From contig NZ_SODD01000002.1 in assembly GCF_004365815.1 (NCBI RefSeq), forward strand, positions 60,001 to 92,000: a stretch of DNA of 32,000 nucleotides, given 5' to 3'. The notes beneath the pieces are model-generated. The model saw nothing but the letters and a program-made list of their open reading frames with translations, was not told the DNA's origin and did not search any database. This stretch comes from Breznakia blatticola (GTDB taxonomy: Bacteria; Bacillota_I; Bacilli_A; Erysipelotrichales; Erysipelotrichaceae). Each line of letters begins with the position of its first letter. The stretch's first letter is position 1. The position numbers were made by a program, and so were the translations under genes. This document shows, piece by piece, positions 8,630 to 17,888 of this stretch.

Positions 8630-8658
8630 TTGACTAGATATAAAGTGACTTGTATAAT
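8630..8658 (+). promoter_or_regulatory. Near-consensus promoter TTGACT-17-(TG)TATAAT for the ABC exporter pair
   Basis: TTGACT at 8630-8635, a 17-nt spacer, TG at 8651-8652 and TATAAT at 8653-8658. The track start codon at 8650 lies inside this promoter. Confidence 0.7.
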
Positions 8659-8691
8659 TGTATCAAGACGTTAATACAAAGAGGGGACATT

Positions 8692-9408
8692 ATGATAGAA
8701 GTAAAAAACTTAACAAAATCTTATGGAAGTTTTAAAGCAGCAGAAGATGTAAATCTAGTGGCTAAAGATGGATGTATTACTATCCTGTTAGGGCCAAATG
8801 GTGCTGGGAAAAGTACAACGATTAAAAGTATTGCCAATTTATTAAAATTTGATGGAGAAATTGATATTTGCGGATATCCAAATAGTACAGTTGAAGCTAA
8901 ACAAGCATTTGGTTATATTCCAGATACACCAGTACTTTATGATTTACTAACAATTGATGAACATGTGGATTTCATCGGTAGTGCATATAAAGTAGAAAAC
9001 TATCGTGAAGTTGCAGATCATTACATTACATTATTTGATTTAGAGGAAAAAAGAAAAAAAGTCGCAAAAGAATTAAGTAAAGGGATGCGTCAAAAACTAA
9101 GTATGTTATTAGCGCTTGTGATTCAACCCAAAGCATTACTTGTAGATGAGCCAATGGTTGGACTTGACCCTGCAAGTATTGAAGAAACACTTGATTTATT
9201 TGTGAAGCTAAAAGATGAAGGATGTTCGATTTTAATTAGTACGCACATTATTGATATTATCGAGAACATTTGGGATGAAGCTTATATCATGGATCACGGA
9301 CGTATTGTAAAAACTGCTAGTCGTAGTCATATGAATGGAGAAAGTCTGAAAGATTTATTCTTTAAATATACAAGTGTTGAGGTAAAGAATGATGAAATCC
9401 TTGATTAA
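8692..9408 (+). CDS. ABC transporter ATP-binding protein
   Basis: GPNGAGKST, LSKGMRQK, LLVDEPMVGLD and STH motifs. ATG at 8692 follows AGAGGGG. Confidence 0.85.
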   Translation: MIEVKNLTKSYGSFKAAEDVNLVAKDGCITILLGPNGAGKSTTIKSIANLLKFDGEIDICGYPNSTVEAKQAFGYIPDTPVLYDLLTIDEHVDFIGSAYKVENYREVADHYITLFDLEEKRKKVAKELSKGMRQKLSMLLALVIQPKALLVDEPMVGLDPASIEETLDLFVKLKDEGCSILISTHIIDIIENIWDEAYIMDHGRIVKTASRSHMNGESLKDLFFKYTSVEVKNDEILD

Positions 9409-10954
9409 ACTATCTTTATTGAAAATGCGCGGACAAGTTAGAGCGTTATTTTCTAAACCAACCAGTGCAGTAGCAACGATATTTATGGTGCTATTATATG
9501 GGGCAATTATTGTTGGTAACTTTATGAATTCCTCGAGCGAAGATGTTATTGGTATGTCCATTGATATTCATATAGGAATATTAGTATCTCTAGCAATGAG
9601 TGCATTGATGGTAATTATGCAACTTATGAATAAAAATAAAGCGATGCTGATGGGTGAAGATGCATTCTATTTATTAGGCGGTCCATTTAGTCGTCGACAA
9701 GTTCAATCATTTGTTGTTGGTTATACGTATGTACAAGCGATTTATATGTCGCTACTTTCACTATTTATGGTGATTTCACTTGTAGGATCGACAAGCATGC
9801 TTGTGATTTTATGTATCTTTCTAGCAAACTATTTTATTTATGTGTTCTTTTTAGGACTCACAGATTATTTGTATGTTGTAGGAATTGTATTTCCAAAACT
9901 AGCAAATGTTGCTAAATATGTAGGGTATGCAATTTTAATTTGTGTGTTTGCGGTTGCAGGCTACTTTGTATTTGAAACCGGTTTTGATTTACAAACTGCT
10001 TTACTGAAATTTGCACAAACAGATGCATTCTATTTTATTCCTGTATTTGGTTGGGCAAAAATGTTTATTAGTGGTGCAGTTGATGGAAACACATTATATA
10101 CACTGCTTGGATTGGGTTTACTTGTTGTAAGTTCAATTGTAATCTTTATCTTATTTAGAAACTTTCCATATGATTACCATGAAAAAGCAATAGAAGATTC
10201 ATTTGCCTTAAGTAATAAAATGAAAGCCGCAAAAAGTGGAAACACTGATGCAATGAGAGATACATCAAAATTAAAAAATTATAACAGTAAGTTCAAACTT
10301 GGAGCTTGGGCGATTTCAAGTAAGCTGATTCTTGAAATGCGAAAACGTAAGCAACTTGTTTCGATACAGGAATTAATCACACTTGCACTTTTTGCAGGTA
10401 TGTCGATAATTTTAGAATTTGGTATCGTATGGTTTAGTGGGATGCTCGTATACTGGGTGGTTATTAGCTCACAAACGGCAAACTTCAAAGAAGAATTCCA
10501 AAACTATATGATTTATTTAATCCCTGATTCACCATTGAAAAAGATGTTAGCAATTGTCGGACCAACGATTTTGAAAAATATCGTTGTTGTGGCATTAGCG
10601 ATTACAGTTGTTGGTGTAATTGGTCAAGAAAAAATCTATGATATCGGTTATGCAATCATGATGGTTGTCGGATACTTATTTGTTTGTATTAGTGCAAACA
10701 TTCTGACACTGCGTTTATTCAAAAGTACAGCAAATCGTACCTTTGTCTTATTGATGCAAATGCTGATTGTTATTCTTTGCATTATTCCAAGTATTGCCTT
10801 ATCTGTTTGGTTGTTATTTACTTTAACCTTACAAGAAGGTCAAATCTTACAATTATTCTCAATCGTATCTATTTTTGCAAATATTGTGGTGGCAGGAATT
10901 ATTATCTTCTTGTGTCGCAATATGCTAAATGGACGCGAACTTCAAAGCGAATAA
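9389..10954 (+). CDS. Large polytopic membrane protein, putative ABC exporter permease partner
   Basis: At least 10 hydrophobic segments. Overlaps the upstream ATPase gene by 20 nt, with a GAGGT SD 5 nt before the ATG. No recognisable catalytic motifs. Confidence 0.7.
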   Translation: MMKSLIKLSLLKMRGQVRALFSKPTSAVATIFMVLLYGAIIVGNFMNSSSEDVIGMSIDIHIGILVSLAMSALMVIMQLMNKNKAMLMGEDAFYLLGGPFSRRQVQSFVVGYTYVQAIYMSLLSLFMVISLVGSTSMLVILCIFLANYFIYVFFLGLTDYLYVVGIVFPKLANVAKYVGYAILICVFAVAGYFVFETGFDLQTALLKFAQTDAFYFIPVFGWAKMFISGAVDGNTLYTLLGLGLLVVSSIVIFILFRNFPYDYHEKAIEDSFALSNKMKAAKSGNTDAMRDTSKLKNYNSKFKLGAWAISSKLILEMRKRKQLVSIQELITLALFAGMSIILEFGIVWFSGMLVYWVVISSQTANFKEEFQNYMIYLIPDSPLKKMLAIVGPTILKNIVVVALAITVVGVIGQEKIYDIGYAIMMVVGYLFVCISANILTLRLFKSTANRTFVLLMQMLIVILCIIPSIALSVWLLFTLTLQEGQILQLFSIVSIFANIVVAGIIIFLCRNMLNGRELQSE

Positions 10955-10960
10955 TAAAAT

Positions 10961-10995
10961 ATCCATGTGAATGTCATTCACATGGATTGTTTTTT
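10961..10995. terminator. Bidirectional terminator between convergent genes
   Basis: Perfect 11-bp stem ATCCATGTGAA (10961-10971) / TTCACATGGAT (10977-10987) with loop TGTCA. T-run downstream and A-rich sequence upstream. Confidence 0.85.
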
Positions 10996-12223
10996 ATAAT
11001 TGACTGGCTTTATGAAAGAAAATATAACCAATGATAAACATGATCACCAAGACGATGATTCCACCACCAACAAATCCAGTGATTTGGGCAAATAGACCCA
11101 TCATAAAGGTTCCTAAAAATGATGCACCTTTACCGCAAATATCATAGATTCCAAAGAACTCACCACTCTTTTCTTTTGGGATGATTTTGGCAAAGTAGCT
11201 ACGTGACAGTGCTTGGATGGCCCCTTGGAACATACCCACACATACGGCAAGTACCCAGAACTCCCATTGTTTATCTAGTTGTAAAGCAAAGATTGCAATA
11301 CCTGTATACGCCATGATGCATAGTTTGATTAACTTTGTACTTTCTTGACTCTTCGATAACTTTCCAAAAAGTAAGGCAAAAGGAAAGGCAACAAGTTGAG
11401 TGACAAGCAATGCCAGAAGTAAACCTTGTGAGTCTAAACCAAGTGCACTTCCATATGCGGTCGCCATTTCAATAATTGTATATACACCATCAATATAGAA
11501 AAAGAAAGCAATTAAGAAAAAGAGTACTTTACGATTGGCTTTCAAATCTTTCAATGCAGAGCCTAAGCGTTGAAAACTTGCTCGAATTGGATGCGCTTGC
11601 TTTTCGATATAGTGCGTTTGTTTGTAATTCTTTAGTAGTGGAATTGAATTTGCTAGCCACCACAATGCATTAATCATAAAGGCAATCATCATTGCAGTTC
11701 CTAAAGATAAACCAAAGGATGTGTTAAATAAGACAAAGATTAAGGAAATAATAAATGGAATACAACTTCCAATATATCCCCAGGCATATCCGTGACTTGA
11801 TACTTCATCCATTCTTTCTTCCGTAGTAATATCTGCTAACATTGAATCATAGAAAATTAAACTAGCAGCATATCCAACTTTTGCAATCACAAAGATGCAA
11901 AGGAAAATCTTCCATGAACTTGTAAGTGATAAACTTGCACAACCAAGGACACCAACCCCCAAGGCGATCATAAAGACAGGTTTGCGATAGCCTTTCGTGT
12001 CTGATATCGTTCCTAAAATTGGTCCGATAAAGGCAACGATTAATGTAGATATACTTGCTGCATATCCCCAATATGCTAGATAATCAACTTCTGAGATATG
12101 TGCCTCAGTCGCAAGAAAGTTAAAGTAAATAGGAATGATCGTTGAGACAAGCATGATAAAAGCTGAGTTACCAACATCATATAAAATCCAATACTTTTCA
12201 AGTTTTGTCAGTTTTTGTTTCAT
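10994..12223 (-). CDS. MFS transporter, UMF1/Atg22-like family
   Basis: 12 predicted TM segments. N-terminus KLEKYWILYDVGNSAF resembles the UMF1 signature. SD GAGGGG. Promoter TTGTAA-17-TATACT on the minus strand (plus coordinates 12250-12278). Confidence 0.8.
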   Translation of the reverse strand: MKQKLTKLEKYWILYDVGNSAFIMLVSTIIPIYFNFLATEAHISEVDYLAYWGYAASISTLIVAFIGPILGTISDTKGYRKPVFMIALGVGVLGCASLSLTSSWKIFLCIFVIAKVGYAASLIFYDSMLADITTEERMDEVSSHGYAWGYIGSCIPFIISLIFVLFNTSFGLSLGTAMMIAFMINALWWLANSIPLLKNYKQTHYIEKQAHPIRASFQRLGSALKDLKANRKVLFFLIAFFFYIDGVYTIIEMATAYGSALGLDSQGLLLALLVTQLVAFPFALLFGKLSKSQESTKLIKLCIMAYTGIAIFALQLDKQWEFWVLAVCVGMFQGAIQALSRSYFAKIIPKEKSGEFFGIYDICGKGASFLGTFMMGLFAQITGFVGGGIIVLVIMFIIGYIFFHKASQL

Positions 12224-12295
12224 TATATTTCCCCTCGTCTTTTTTCTTTAGTATAAGTGAGGAAGGCGAATATTACAAATTGAATAAAAGCTTTA

Positions 12296-12304
12296 TGCTA
12301 TAAT
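12296..12304 (+). promoter_or_regulatory. Extended -10 promoter (TGcTATAAT) only 9 nt upstream of the 12314 ATG, implying a leaderless or near-leaderless mRNA
   Basis: TG at 12296-12297 and TATAAT at 12299-12304. No SD lies between the -10 and the ATG at 12314. Confidence 0.5.
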
Positions 12305-12313
12305 AAATGTACG

Positions 12314-12799
12314 ATGAAACTAGATGAAAAGAAAAAAGCAAAAGAAAAGGCAATCCTAAATCATGTTTATAGTGATACAAACTATGAAATCATTCCTAGC
12401 GAACGACCTGATTTTACACTAAAAGCAAAAAACAAAGATGAAGTTTTTGGTGTAGAAATAACGGAGTTATATTTGTCTGAAAATCATGCAAAAGCAATGA
12501 ATCTAAAAAGTCAAAATGCTGAAATGATTTCACCAAGTTATGAGCGATATAAACAAAAATTGCTTGAAGTCATTGCGGATAAAAATCAAAAGAGTATGCA
12601 ATACAGTAAAGATGTTGCATATTTAGAGTTAGTCATTGATGATTGTGAAAAACAATTTATTAATGCTGATAAGGATTTCTTTACACTATTAAAGGAAAAT
12701 GAAGAAATGCATCAAGTAATTGCAGCATCCAACTTCAAACGTGTTTTTGTATTAAGTAAATATAAAAATGCACCGATTGTGATTGCACTTGAAGCGTAA
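12314..12799 (+). CDS. Hypothetical protein; possible PD-(D/E)xK-like nuclease fold (speculative)
   Basis: 161 aa with no signal peptide or TM segment. The segment YEIIPSERPDFTLKAKNKDEVFGVEITELY resembles the strand-PD ... E-x-(K/T) core of restriction-endonuclease-fold proteins. The fold call is pattern recognition only. Confidence 0.5.
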   Translation: MKLDEKKKAKEKAILNHVYSDTNYEIIPSERPDFTLKAKNKDEVFGVEITELYLSENHAKAMNLKSQNAEMISPSYERYKQKLLEVIADKNQKSMQYSKDVAYLELVIDDCEKQFINADKDFFTLLKENEEMHQVIAASNFKRVFVLSKYKNAPIVIALEA

Positions 12800-12817
12800 A
12801 ATAGTAGAGGTAAAAAA

Positions 12818-13336
12818 ATGTTAGATAAATTAAGAGAAATTGAAATGCTATATATGCAAGGTCAAAAGCGTTATGATGAAATGGAAATGCATCCAAAAAT
12901 TATGCAGTTTTATTTAAAAGAACAACCTGTTAGTGATGTGGAATACCATGATGTATTAGATTTGATGGGATTTACATTCCCTGCAGATTTAGCAGAGTTT
13001 TATCATTATAAAAATGGTAGTGGAACTTTAGAAGTCATTGTGACAAGTAAAGAAAGAAGATATCGTATGTTATCATTAGCCGCAATGATTGAACTAAAAA
13101 TGTATTTCCAAAACAAGATAGAACCAAGTAAAAGTACAAGTGGATATGATCATATTGAAGATCCAACATGGATTGCCTTTGCAGCAAGTGAAGATGGTTC
13201 CTTTCTACTATTAGATACGCAAAAACAAGTGATTTTAGAATATCAATTTGGTACGCAAGTATGTGTAACTAAAGCTGCTGATTCTTTTACACAATTGTTG
13301 ACAACAACAATCGAGAAATTAAAGGAAATTGTATGA
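12818..13336 (+). CDS. SMI1/KNR4 (SUKH-1) family protein
   Basis: LDLMGFTFPADLAEFYHYKNGSG followed by a beta-rich region and WIAFAASEDGSFLLLD, typical of SMI1_KNR4/SUKH domains. SD AGAGGT. Confidence 0.65.
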   Translation: MLDKLREIEMLYMQGQKRYDEMEMHPKIMQFYLKEQPVSDVEYHDVLDLMGFTFPADLAEFYHYKNGSGTLEVIVTSKERRYRMLSLAAMIELKMYFQNKIEPSKSTSGYDHIEDPTWIAFAASEDGSFLLLDTQKQVILEYQFGTQVCVTKAADSFTQLLTTTIEKLKEIV

Positions 13337-14073
13337 TTGTAATTGTTTCACCAGCGAAAACAATGCAAGTACATAGGGAAGTGTGTCTTACTTCACTTCC
13401 TTTTGCTTCGTATACAACAAGACTTGCTAGACAACTTGCATCGTATTCACATGAACAGTTGAAAGATTTGATGCATATAAGTGATACGATCGCTAAAGAG
13501 ACAAAAGATAAGTTTCATGCATTCGAGAAAGAAGATAAAGGAAGTTATGCAATTGAAGCGTATCAAGGTTTGCAGTTTCAACAACTTACCAATCATCAAG
13601 ATAAAAAGGCATTTGCAAATACTCATATTCGAATTGTGTCAGCACTATATGGGTTATTGAAACCATATGATGTGATTGTTCCATATCGTTTAGAGATGCA
13701 ATGTAAACTGGCCATAGATGATGCAAACAATTTATATACATATTGGAAAGATACGCTTTCAAAAGAAATGGCATCTTTGTTGGGTAAGCAAGAAAATCCA
13801 ATCATCATAGATTTAGCAAGTAAAGAATATAGTAAAGTGTTTGCTAAAGAGCTTAAAGAGAAAATGATAACCATTGATTTTGTTGAAGTTGATAAGGATA
13901 AGCAAAAACGTAATTCAGCAACAGTGAAGAAATTACGTGGACAAATGTTGGAATATATTTTGCAACATCAAATCTTTTCTCCTGAGGCATTGAAAGAATT
14001 CAGTTATGATGGCTTTATATATGCGAAGCAAGCATCAAATGAAAAACAATACACATTCCATAAAGTGTTATAA
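13333..14073 (+). CDS. yaaA: YaaA-family peroxide stress protein (DUF328/UPF0246)
   Basis: N-terminus MIVIVSPAKTM, AYQGLQF, SALYGLLKPYD..PYRLEM, and a RG..L C-terminal region. The start overlaps the upstream stop (ATGA at 13333-13336). Confidence 0.85.
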   Translation: MIVIVSPAKTMQVHREVCLTSLPFASYTTRLARQLASYSHEQLKDLMHISDTIAKETKDKFHAFEKEDKGSYAIEAYQGLQFQQLTNHQDKKAFANTHIRIVSALYGLLKPYDVIVPYRLEMQCKLAIDDANNLYTYWKDTLSKEMASLLGKQENPIIIDLASKEYSKVFAKELKEKMITIDFVEVDKDKQKRNSATVKKLRGQMLEYILQHQIFSPEALKEFSYDGFIYAKQASNEKQYTFHKVL

Positions 14074-14134
14074 TACAAAACAAAATATATGCATGCTATA
14101 ATTATCTTGGGAAAGATAAGGAAGGTGTTTTATT

Positions 14135-14671
14135 ATGGAAAGAAGTAAAAAAAGTTTTTTCTGGCTAATGTTAGTGTTAGGAATATTTTGTATTATTGGT
14201 TCAATTGCAGCGATTACAAATCCAGGAGTAACACTGATTACTCTTGTAGTAGTTATTGCAGCAGTTGCATTTGTCAGAGGAATTGAAGCAATCATCTTGT
14301 ATTTTGATATCAAGAGTTATGGTGATTTTAAACCAGTGATGATGCTTGTTGTCGGAATTCTAGAAATTGTGCTTGGTGTATTATTCTTAAGCGATATTGC
14401 TAGTGGAGTAGCTACACTTGGAGTCATGGTTGCATTCTGGTTGATTTTTGATTCAATTTTTAGATTAACAAATGCGGGGTATTATAAAAATGTAATGCCA
14501 GGTATGTATGTACTTATGATTATTTTGAATATTATTTCACTAGTAGTTGGAGTGATGTTGTTATTTGAACCACTTGTTTCAGCAATGACCATTCCAGTAT
14601 TACTATCTGTGAGCTTTGCCGTATTTGGTATTCAAAGTATCGTAATTGCTTTTACAAGTAGAAATGCGTAA
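14135..14671 (+). CDS. HdeD/DUF308-family membrane protein
   Basis: 178 aa with six short TM segments and repeated G-x-x-x-I/L-x-G-I/V patterns typical of DUF308. Extended -10 TGCTATAAT at 14094-14102. Confidence 0.7.
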   Translation: MERSKKSFFWLMLVLGIFCIIGSIAAITNPGVTLITLVVVIAAVAFVRGIEAIILYFDIKSYGDFKPVMMLVVGILEIVLGVLFLSDIASGVATLGVMVAFWLIFDSIFRLTNAGYYKNVMPGMYVLMIILNIISLVVGVMLLFEPLVSAMTIPVLLSVSFAVFGIQSIVIAFTSRNA

Positions 14672-14677
14672 TTTATG

Positions 14678-14703
14678 GGAACCTTTCAAGGTTCCTTTTT
14701 TTG
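14678..14703 (+). terminator. Rho-independent terminator
   Basis: GGAACC (14678-14683) / GGTTCC (14690-14695) followed by T8. Confidence 0.8.
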
Positions 14704-14793
14704 AACATTGTCTGAAACTTTGTGAATATCAAGGGTAGTTTCTTTTACTATACTTCAATCCTTGATATAATGAACGTAATATTGAGGTATCTT

Positions 14794-15900
14794 ATGAATG
14801 AAGAACAAATAAAAACTGAAAAACAACGTGCGTTTATTATCAAGATGGCATATATTGCAATTATTATAGGTTTGATTATTTTCGCATTTCGCTATGTATT
14901 ATCTTGGGTTTTACCATTTGTGCTTGGATTATTGGTTGCTGCCATTATGCAAAAACCGGTTCGTTATCTAGCAAAGAAAATCAAACTACCTTCAAAGGTA
15001 ATTACCATTCTCTGTGTCGCATTATTTTATGTATTTATCGGTGGAGCAATTTTACTGATTAGTATTCAATTGGGTAGTTCATTAACGGAATTATTCCGTT
15101 CGTTTCCTGATTACTATGCTTCGACAATTCAACCAGCAATCGATACACTATTTAACTCGATTTATAAATTGGTCAATGGAATTAGTCCTGATATTGCAAG
15201 TAATGTTGAAGATCTCAACAATCAAGTAATCACGATTCTAAAAGATGCAATTCCTACGGTTTCAAAACAAGGGATTGATATAGCAACAAGCTTTGTGATG
15301 TTTGTGCCTGGATTCTTGATTGGATTGTTGATGATGATTATTTCATCGTTCTTTATTGCGATTGATTTTGATCGTATGGCAGAATTCTTTATGTTGCAAT
15401 TCAATGACAATCAAAAAGTAGTGGTTCGCAAAGTGAAAAGTTTTGCTGTAGGAACGCTTGCAAAGATTATTAAATCATATGCGATGATTATGTCGATTAC
15501 ATTTGTTGAAGTAGCTATTGGATTATCTATACTTGGTGTAGACAATGCAATTGGACTCGCTTTCTTTATTGCAATCTTTGATATATTACCGGTACTCGGT
15601 ACTGGTGGAATTATGATTCCTTGGACTTTAATCACCTTAATTAATGGAAATGTGGAATTGGCAATTGGATTGTTTATTGTATATGTAATCGTGACAATTA
15701 TCCGTAATATCATTGAACCAAAGATTGTTGGTGTACAAGTAAATGCCAACCCAGTATTGATGTTGCTAGCCATTTTCTTAGGAGCAAGAATTTTAGGCTT
15801 TACTGGAATTATTAGTTTACCGATTCTTGTTATTGTTATTAAGAATTTAAATGAAGAAGGTGTCATTCACCTATATAAAAATCTACCAGCTAAAGAATAA
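14794..15900 (+). CDS. AI-2E family transporter / YtvI-like integral membrane protein
   Basis: Polytopic protein with FFIAIFDILPVLGTGGIMIPW and IIEPKIVG motifs typical of AI-2E (PerM/YtvI) proteins. ATG at 14794 follows GAGG. Extended -10 TGATATAAT at 14763-14771 rules out the track start at 14722. Confidence 0.8.
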   Translation: MNEEQIKTEKQRAFIIKMAYIAIIIGLIIFAFRYVLSWVLPFVLGLLVAAIMQKPVRYLAKKIKLPSKVITILCVALFYVFIGGAILLISIQLGSSLTELFRSFPDYYASTIQPAIDTLFNSIYKLVNGISPDIASNVEDLNNQVITILKDAIPTVSKQGIDIATSFVMFVPGFLIGLLMMIISSFFIAIDFDRMAEFFMLQFNDNQKVVVRKVKSFAVGTLAKIIKSYAMIMSITFVEVAIGLSILGVDNAIGLAFFIAIFDILPVLGTGGIMIPWTLITLINGNVELAIGLFIVYVIVTIIRNIIEPKIVGVQVNANPVLMLLAIFLGARILGFTGIISLPILVIVIKNLNEEGVIHLYKNLPAKE

Positions 15901-15901
15901 G

Positions 15902-15929
15902 AAAAAAGCACGTCGTGAGATGTGCTTTT
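15902..15929. terminator. Bidirectional terminator between convergent genes
   Basis: Stem AGCACGTC (15907-15914) / GATGTGCT (15919-15926), including one G-U pair. Flanked by an A-run and a T-run. Confidence 0.75.
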
Positions 15930-16941
15930 ATAATAATGGGATGTTATTTTTCTTACAAACTTCAATGATTTCATCTGACCAAAGACTTGCCTGTACTTCT
16001 CCAACGTGTGCTTTACGTAGAAAATACATACATAATCTTGATTGACCAATTCCACCACCAATGGTTAATGGATAATCGTGATTCATAATCGCTTGATGAT
16101 ATGGTAATTTAAGTCGTGCTTCGGCATCGGCTTTTTTTAATTGTTCATCAAGTTTTTTATCATTTACACGAATTCCCATACTTGATAATTCAAGTGACAT
16201 TTCAAGTACTGGATACCAAACAAGAATATCTCCGTTGAGTGTCCAATCATCATAATCTGGTGCACGTCCATCGTGTTTCTTTCCAGAACGTAAGGTATCA
16301 CCAATCCCCATTAAGAAGACAGCTCCATATGCCTTAACAATACGATCTTCACGTTCTTTTGGACTTAGATCAGGATACATATCTTCAAGTTCTTGACTTG
16401 AAATAAAATGAATTTTTTCTGGTAAAATCGGGTCTCCAATTTGTGGATATTGACGAATGACCATATATTCAATTTCGAGTAAGATATCATAGATTTTACG
16501 AACTGTTGTTTGTAAATAATCTAAGGTTCTTTGTTTTGGTGTGATAATTACTTCCCAGTCCCACTGGTCAACGTAAATTGAGTGGTAGTTATCCAGTTCT
16601 TCATCACGACGAATCGCATTCATATCTGTATACAATCCTTCATTTTTTCTTAAGCCATAACGTTTAAGTGCATCACGTTTCCACTTTGCAAGTGAGTGAA
16701 CAATTTCAATGCTGCGATCGTTAACATCTGGTGCCACAAAATCAATTGGGCGTTCCACCCCGTTTAAATCATCGTTAAGTCCGCTATCTGCTTGTACAAA
16801 AAGTGGTGCACTAACTCTTGTTAGATGAAGTGCTTCACCTAAACGACGTTCAAACATATCTTTAACAAATTTAATTGCGATTTCCGTTTCCAACAAACTT
16901 AATGTAGGTTTGTATCCATCTGGAATAAATGTTTTCCCCAT
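15928..16941 (-). CDS. asnA: Aspartate--ammonia ligase (asparagine synthetase A)
   Basis: Full-length AsnA-like sequence ([44 protein letters not shown]). AAGGAG SD lies 8 nt before the ATG at 16941; the ATG at 16947 is only 2 nt from the SD. Confidence 0.9.
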   Translation of the reverse strand: MGKTFIPDGYKPTLSLLETEIAIKFVKDMFERRLGEALHLTRVSAPLFVQADSGLNDDLNGVERPIDFVAPDVNDRSIEIVHSLAKWKRDALKRYGLRKNEGLYTDMNAIRRDEELDNYHSIYVDQWDWEVIITPKQRTLDYLQTTVRKIYDILLEIEYMVIRQYPQIGDPILPEKIHFISSQELEDMYPDLSPKEREDRIVKAYGAVFLMGIGDTLRSGKKHDGRAPDYDDWTLNGDILVWYPVLEMSLELSSMGIRVNDKKLDEQLKKADAEARLKLPYHQAIMNHDYPLTIGGGIGQSRLCMYFLRKAHVGEVQASLWSDEIIEVCKKNNIPLL

Positions 16942-17068
16942 ATACATAACTCCTTACTTATATGTAGATAAGTATAACATAAAGCCTTCAAAAATAAACA
17001 TAATTCAAGCATAACAATAGGTATTTGTTGATAGTTGGACTACAATTATAGTAAGGGAGGGATGTACT

Positions 17069-17356
17069 TTGAACTCAAAATTTGAAATTCAAACAAACGA
17101 GTTATTGCATATGTTGAATACGCATCCATTAATTATCGATGTGCGACAACCATCAGAATTTGCACATGGGCATATCCCAGGTGCAATTAATGTTCCACTA
17201 GATAAAGTGGATCAACTTCAATTAGATGATGAAGCAATACTTGTGTGTCAAACAGGAAGACAATCGTTTGTGGCGAAATTGATATTGGATGAAAAGGGAT
17301 ATCGGACAAAACGTGTAATCGATGGAATGTTACAGTGGGATGGACCACTGGAATAA
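17069..17356 (+). CDS. Single-domain rhodanese-like sulfurtransferase
   Basis: IIDVRQPSEFAHGHIPGAINVP plus the active-site loop CQTGRQS. TTG start at 17069 lies 7 nt after AAGGGAGGG. Confidence 0.75.
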   Translation: MNSKFEIQTNELLHMLNTHPLIIDVRQPSEFAHGHIPGAINVPLDKVDQLQLDDEAILVCQTGRQSFVAKLILDEKGYRTKRVIDGMLQWDGPLE

Positions 17357-17417
17357 TAGTTTATTTGATTTGTTGTATAAGATGATGTATTTGTAGACAT
17401 AGAATGGAGGAACGAGT

Positions 17418-17768
17418 ATGAAAATAGTAGTAGATAAAGATGCAATCAAACGCATGGAAAATGAAGTCCCTATGAATCAAGACTTCTTGTTACATTTAGA
17501 TGATGGACAAGGAATTGATTTCCATGAACATGTTTCATGTGGATTAACTTTACATTTTCGTTTGTTATCTGTAGCAGATCATACAAAGTATCCAGAGTAT
17601 GAAATTGAAGCAGAATCCAACATTGGACCGATTTATCTAAAAGATTATTCGTCAATGTATTTAGATCCAGAAAACACAATACGCTTAGGTAGTTATGGTG
17701 AATATCAACTGATTGGAATCTACAGTGGAAATATTGATGCAAATCTTAGTGTTAGTCGATATGATTAA
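17418..17768 (+). CDS. Hypothetical protein, possibly HesB/IscA-like Fe-S biogenesis fold
   Basis: The pattern MKIVVDKDAIKRM...LLHLDDG...SCGLTLHFRLL...IGPIYLKDYSSMYL resembles small Fe-S_biosyn family proteins. SD GGAGGA. Assignment is weak. Confidence 0.4.
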   Translation: MKIVVDKDAIKRMENEVPMNQDFLLHLDDGQGIDFHEHVSCGLTLHFRLLSVADHTKYPEYEIEAESNIGPIYLKDYSSMYLDPENTIRLGSYGEYQLIGIYSGNIDANLSVSRYD

Positions 17769-17793
17769 AGCAATAACATTTTGAATATAATGA

Positions 17794-17833
17794 AAGAGGT
17801 CATACCACAGCATTGTGATATGATCTCTTTTTT
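17794..17833 (+). terminator. Rho-independent terminator
   Basis: Stem AAGAGGTCATA (17794-17804) / TATGATCTCTT (17819-17829), including one G-U pair, followed by a T-run. Confidence 0.7.
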
Positions 17834-17888
17834 GTATTATGTATGTATAAATGTGATCCAAGAAAATGAAGGTAAAGTGGTTTATTAA

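Noticed and set aside
8650-8691. Longer N-terminal extensions offered by the ORF track (8650 here; also 9, 4977, 7488, 14722, 18615)
   Set aside because: The extensions begin inside promoter hexamers or lack an SD. Internal ATGs with a GGAGG-type SD align with the conserved N-termini of each family.
10777-11034. 85-aa plus-strand ORF spanning the end of the permease gene, the terminator and the 3' end of the MFS gene
   Set aside because: It runs through a perfect 11-bp terminator hairpin and overlaps two supported genes. No SD is present.
16948-17068. Possible riboswitch/T-box or operator upstream of asnA, including the palindrome TACTTAT-atgtag-ATAAGTA (about 16956-16975)
   Set aside because: The predicted asnA 5' UTR is only ~25 nt (extended -10 TGtTATACT close to the SD), too short for a T-box or riboswitch. 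The 7-bp AT-only palindrome is weak evidence for an operator in AT-rich DNA.
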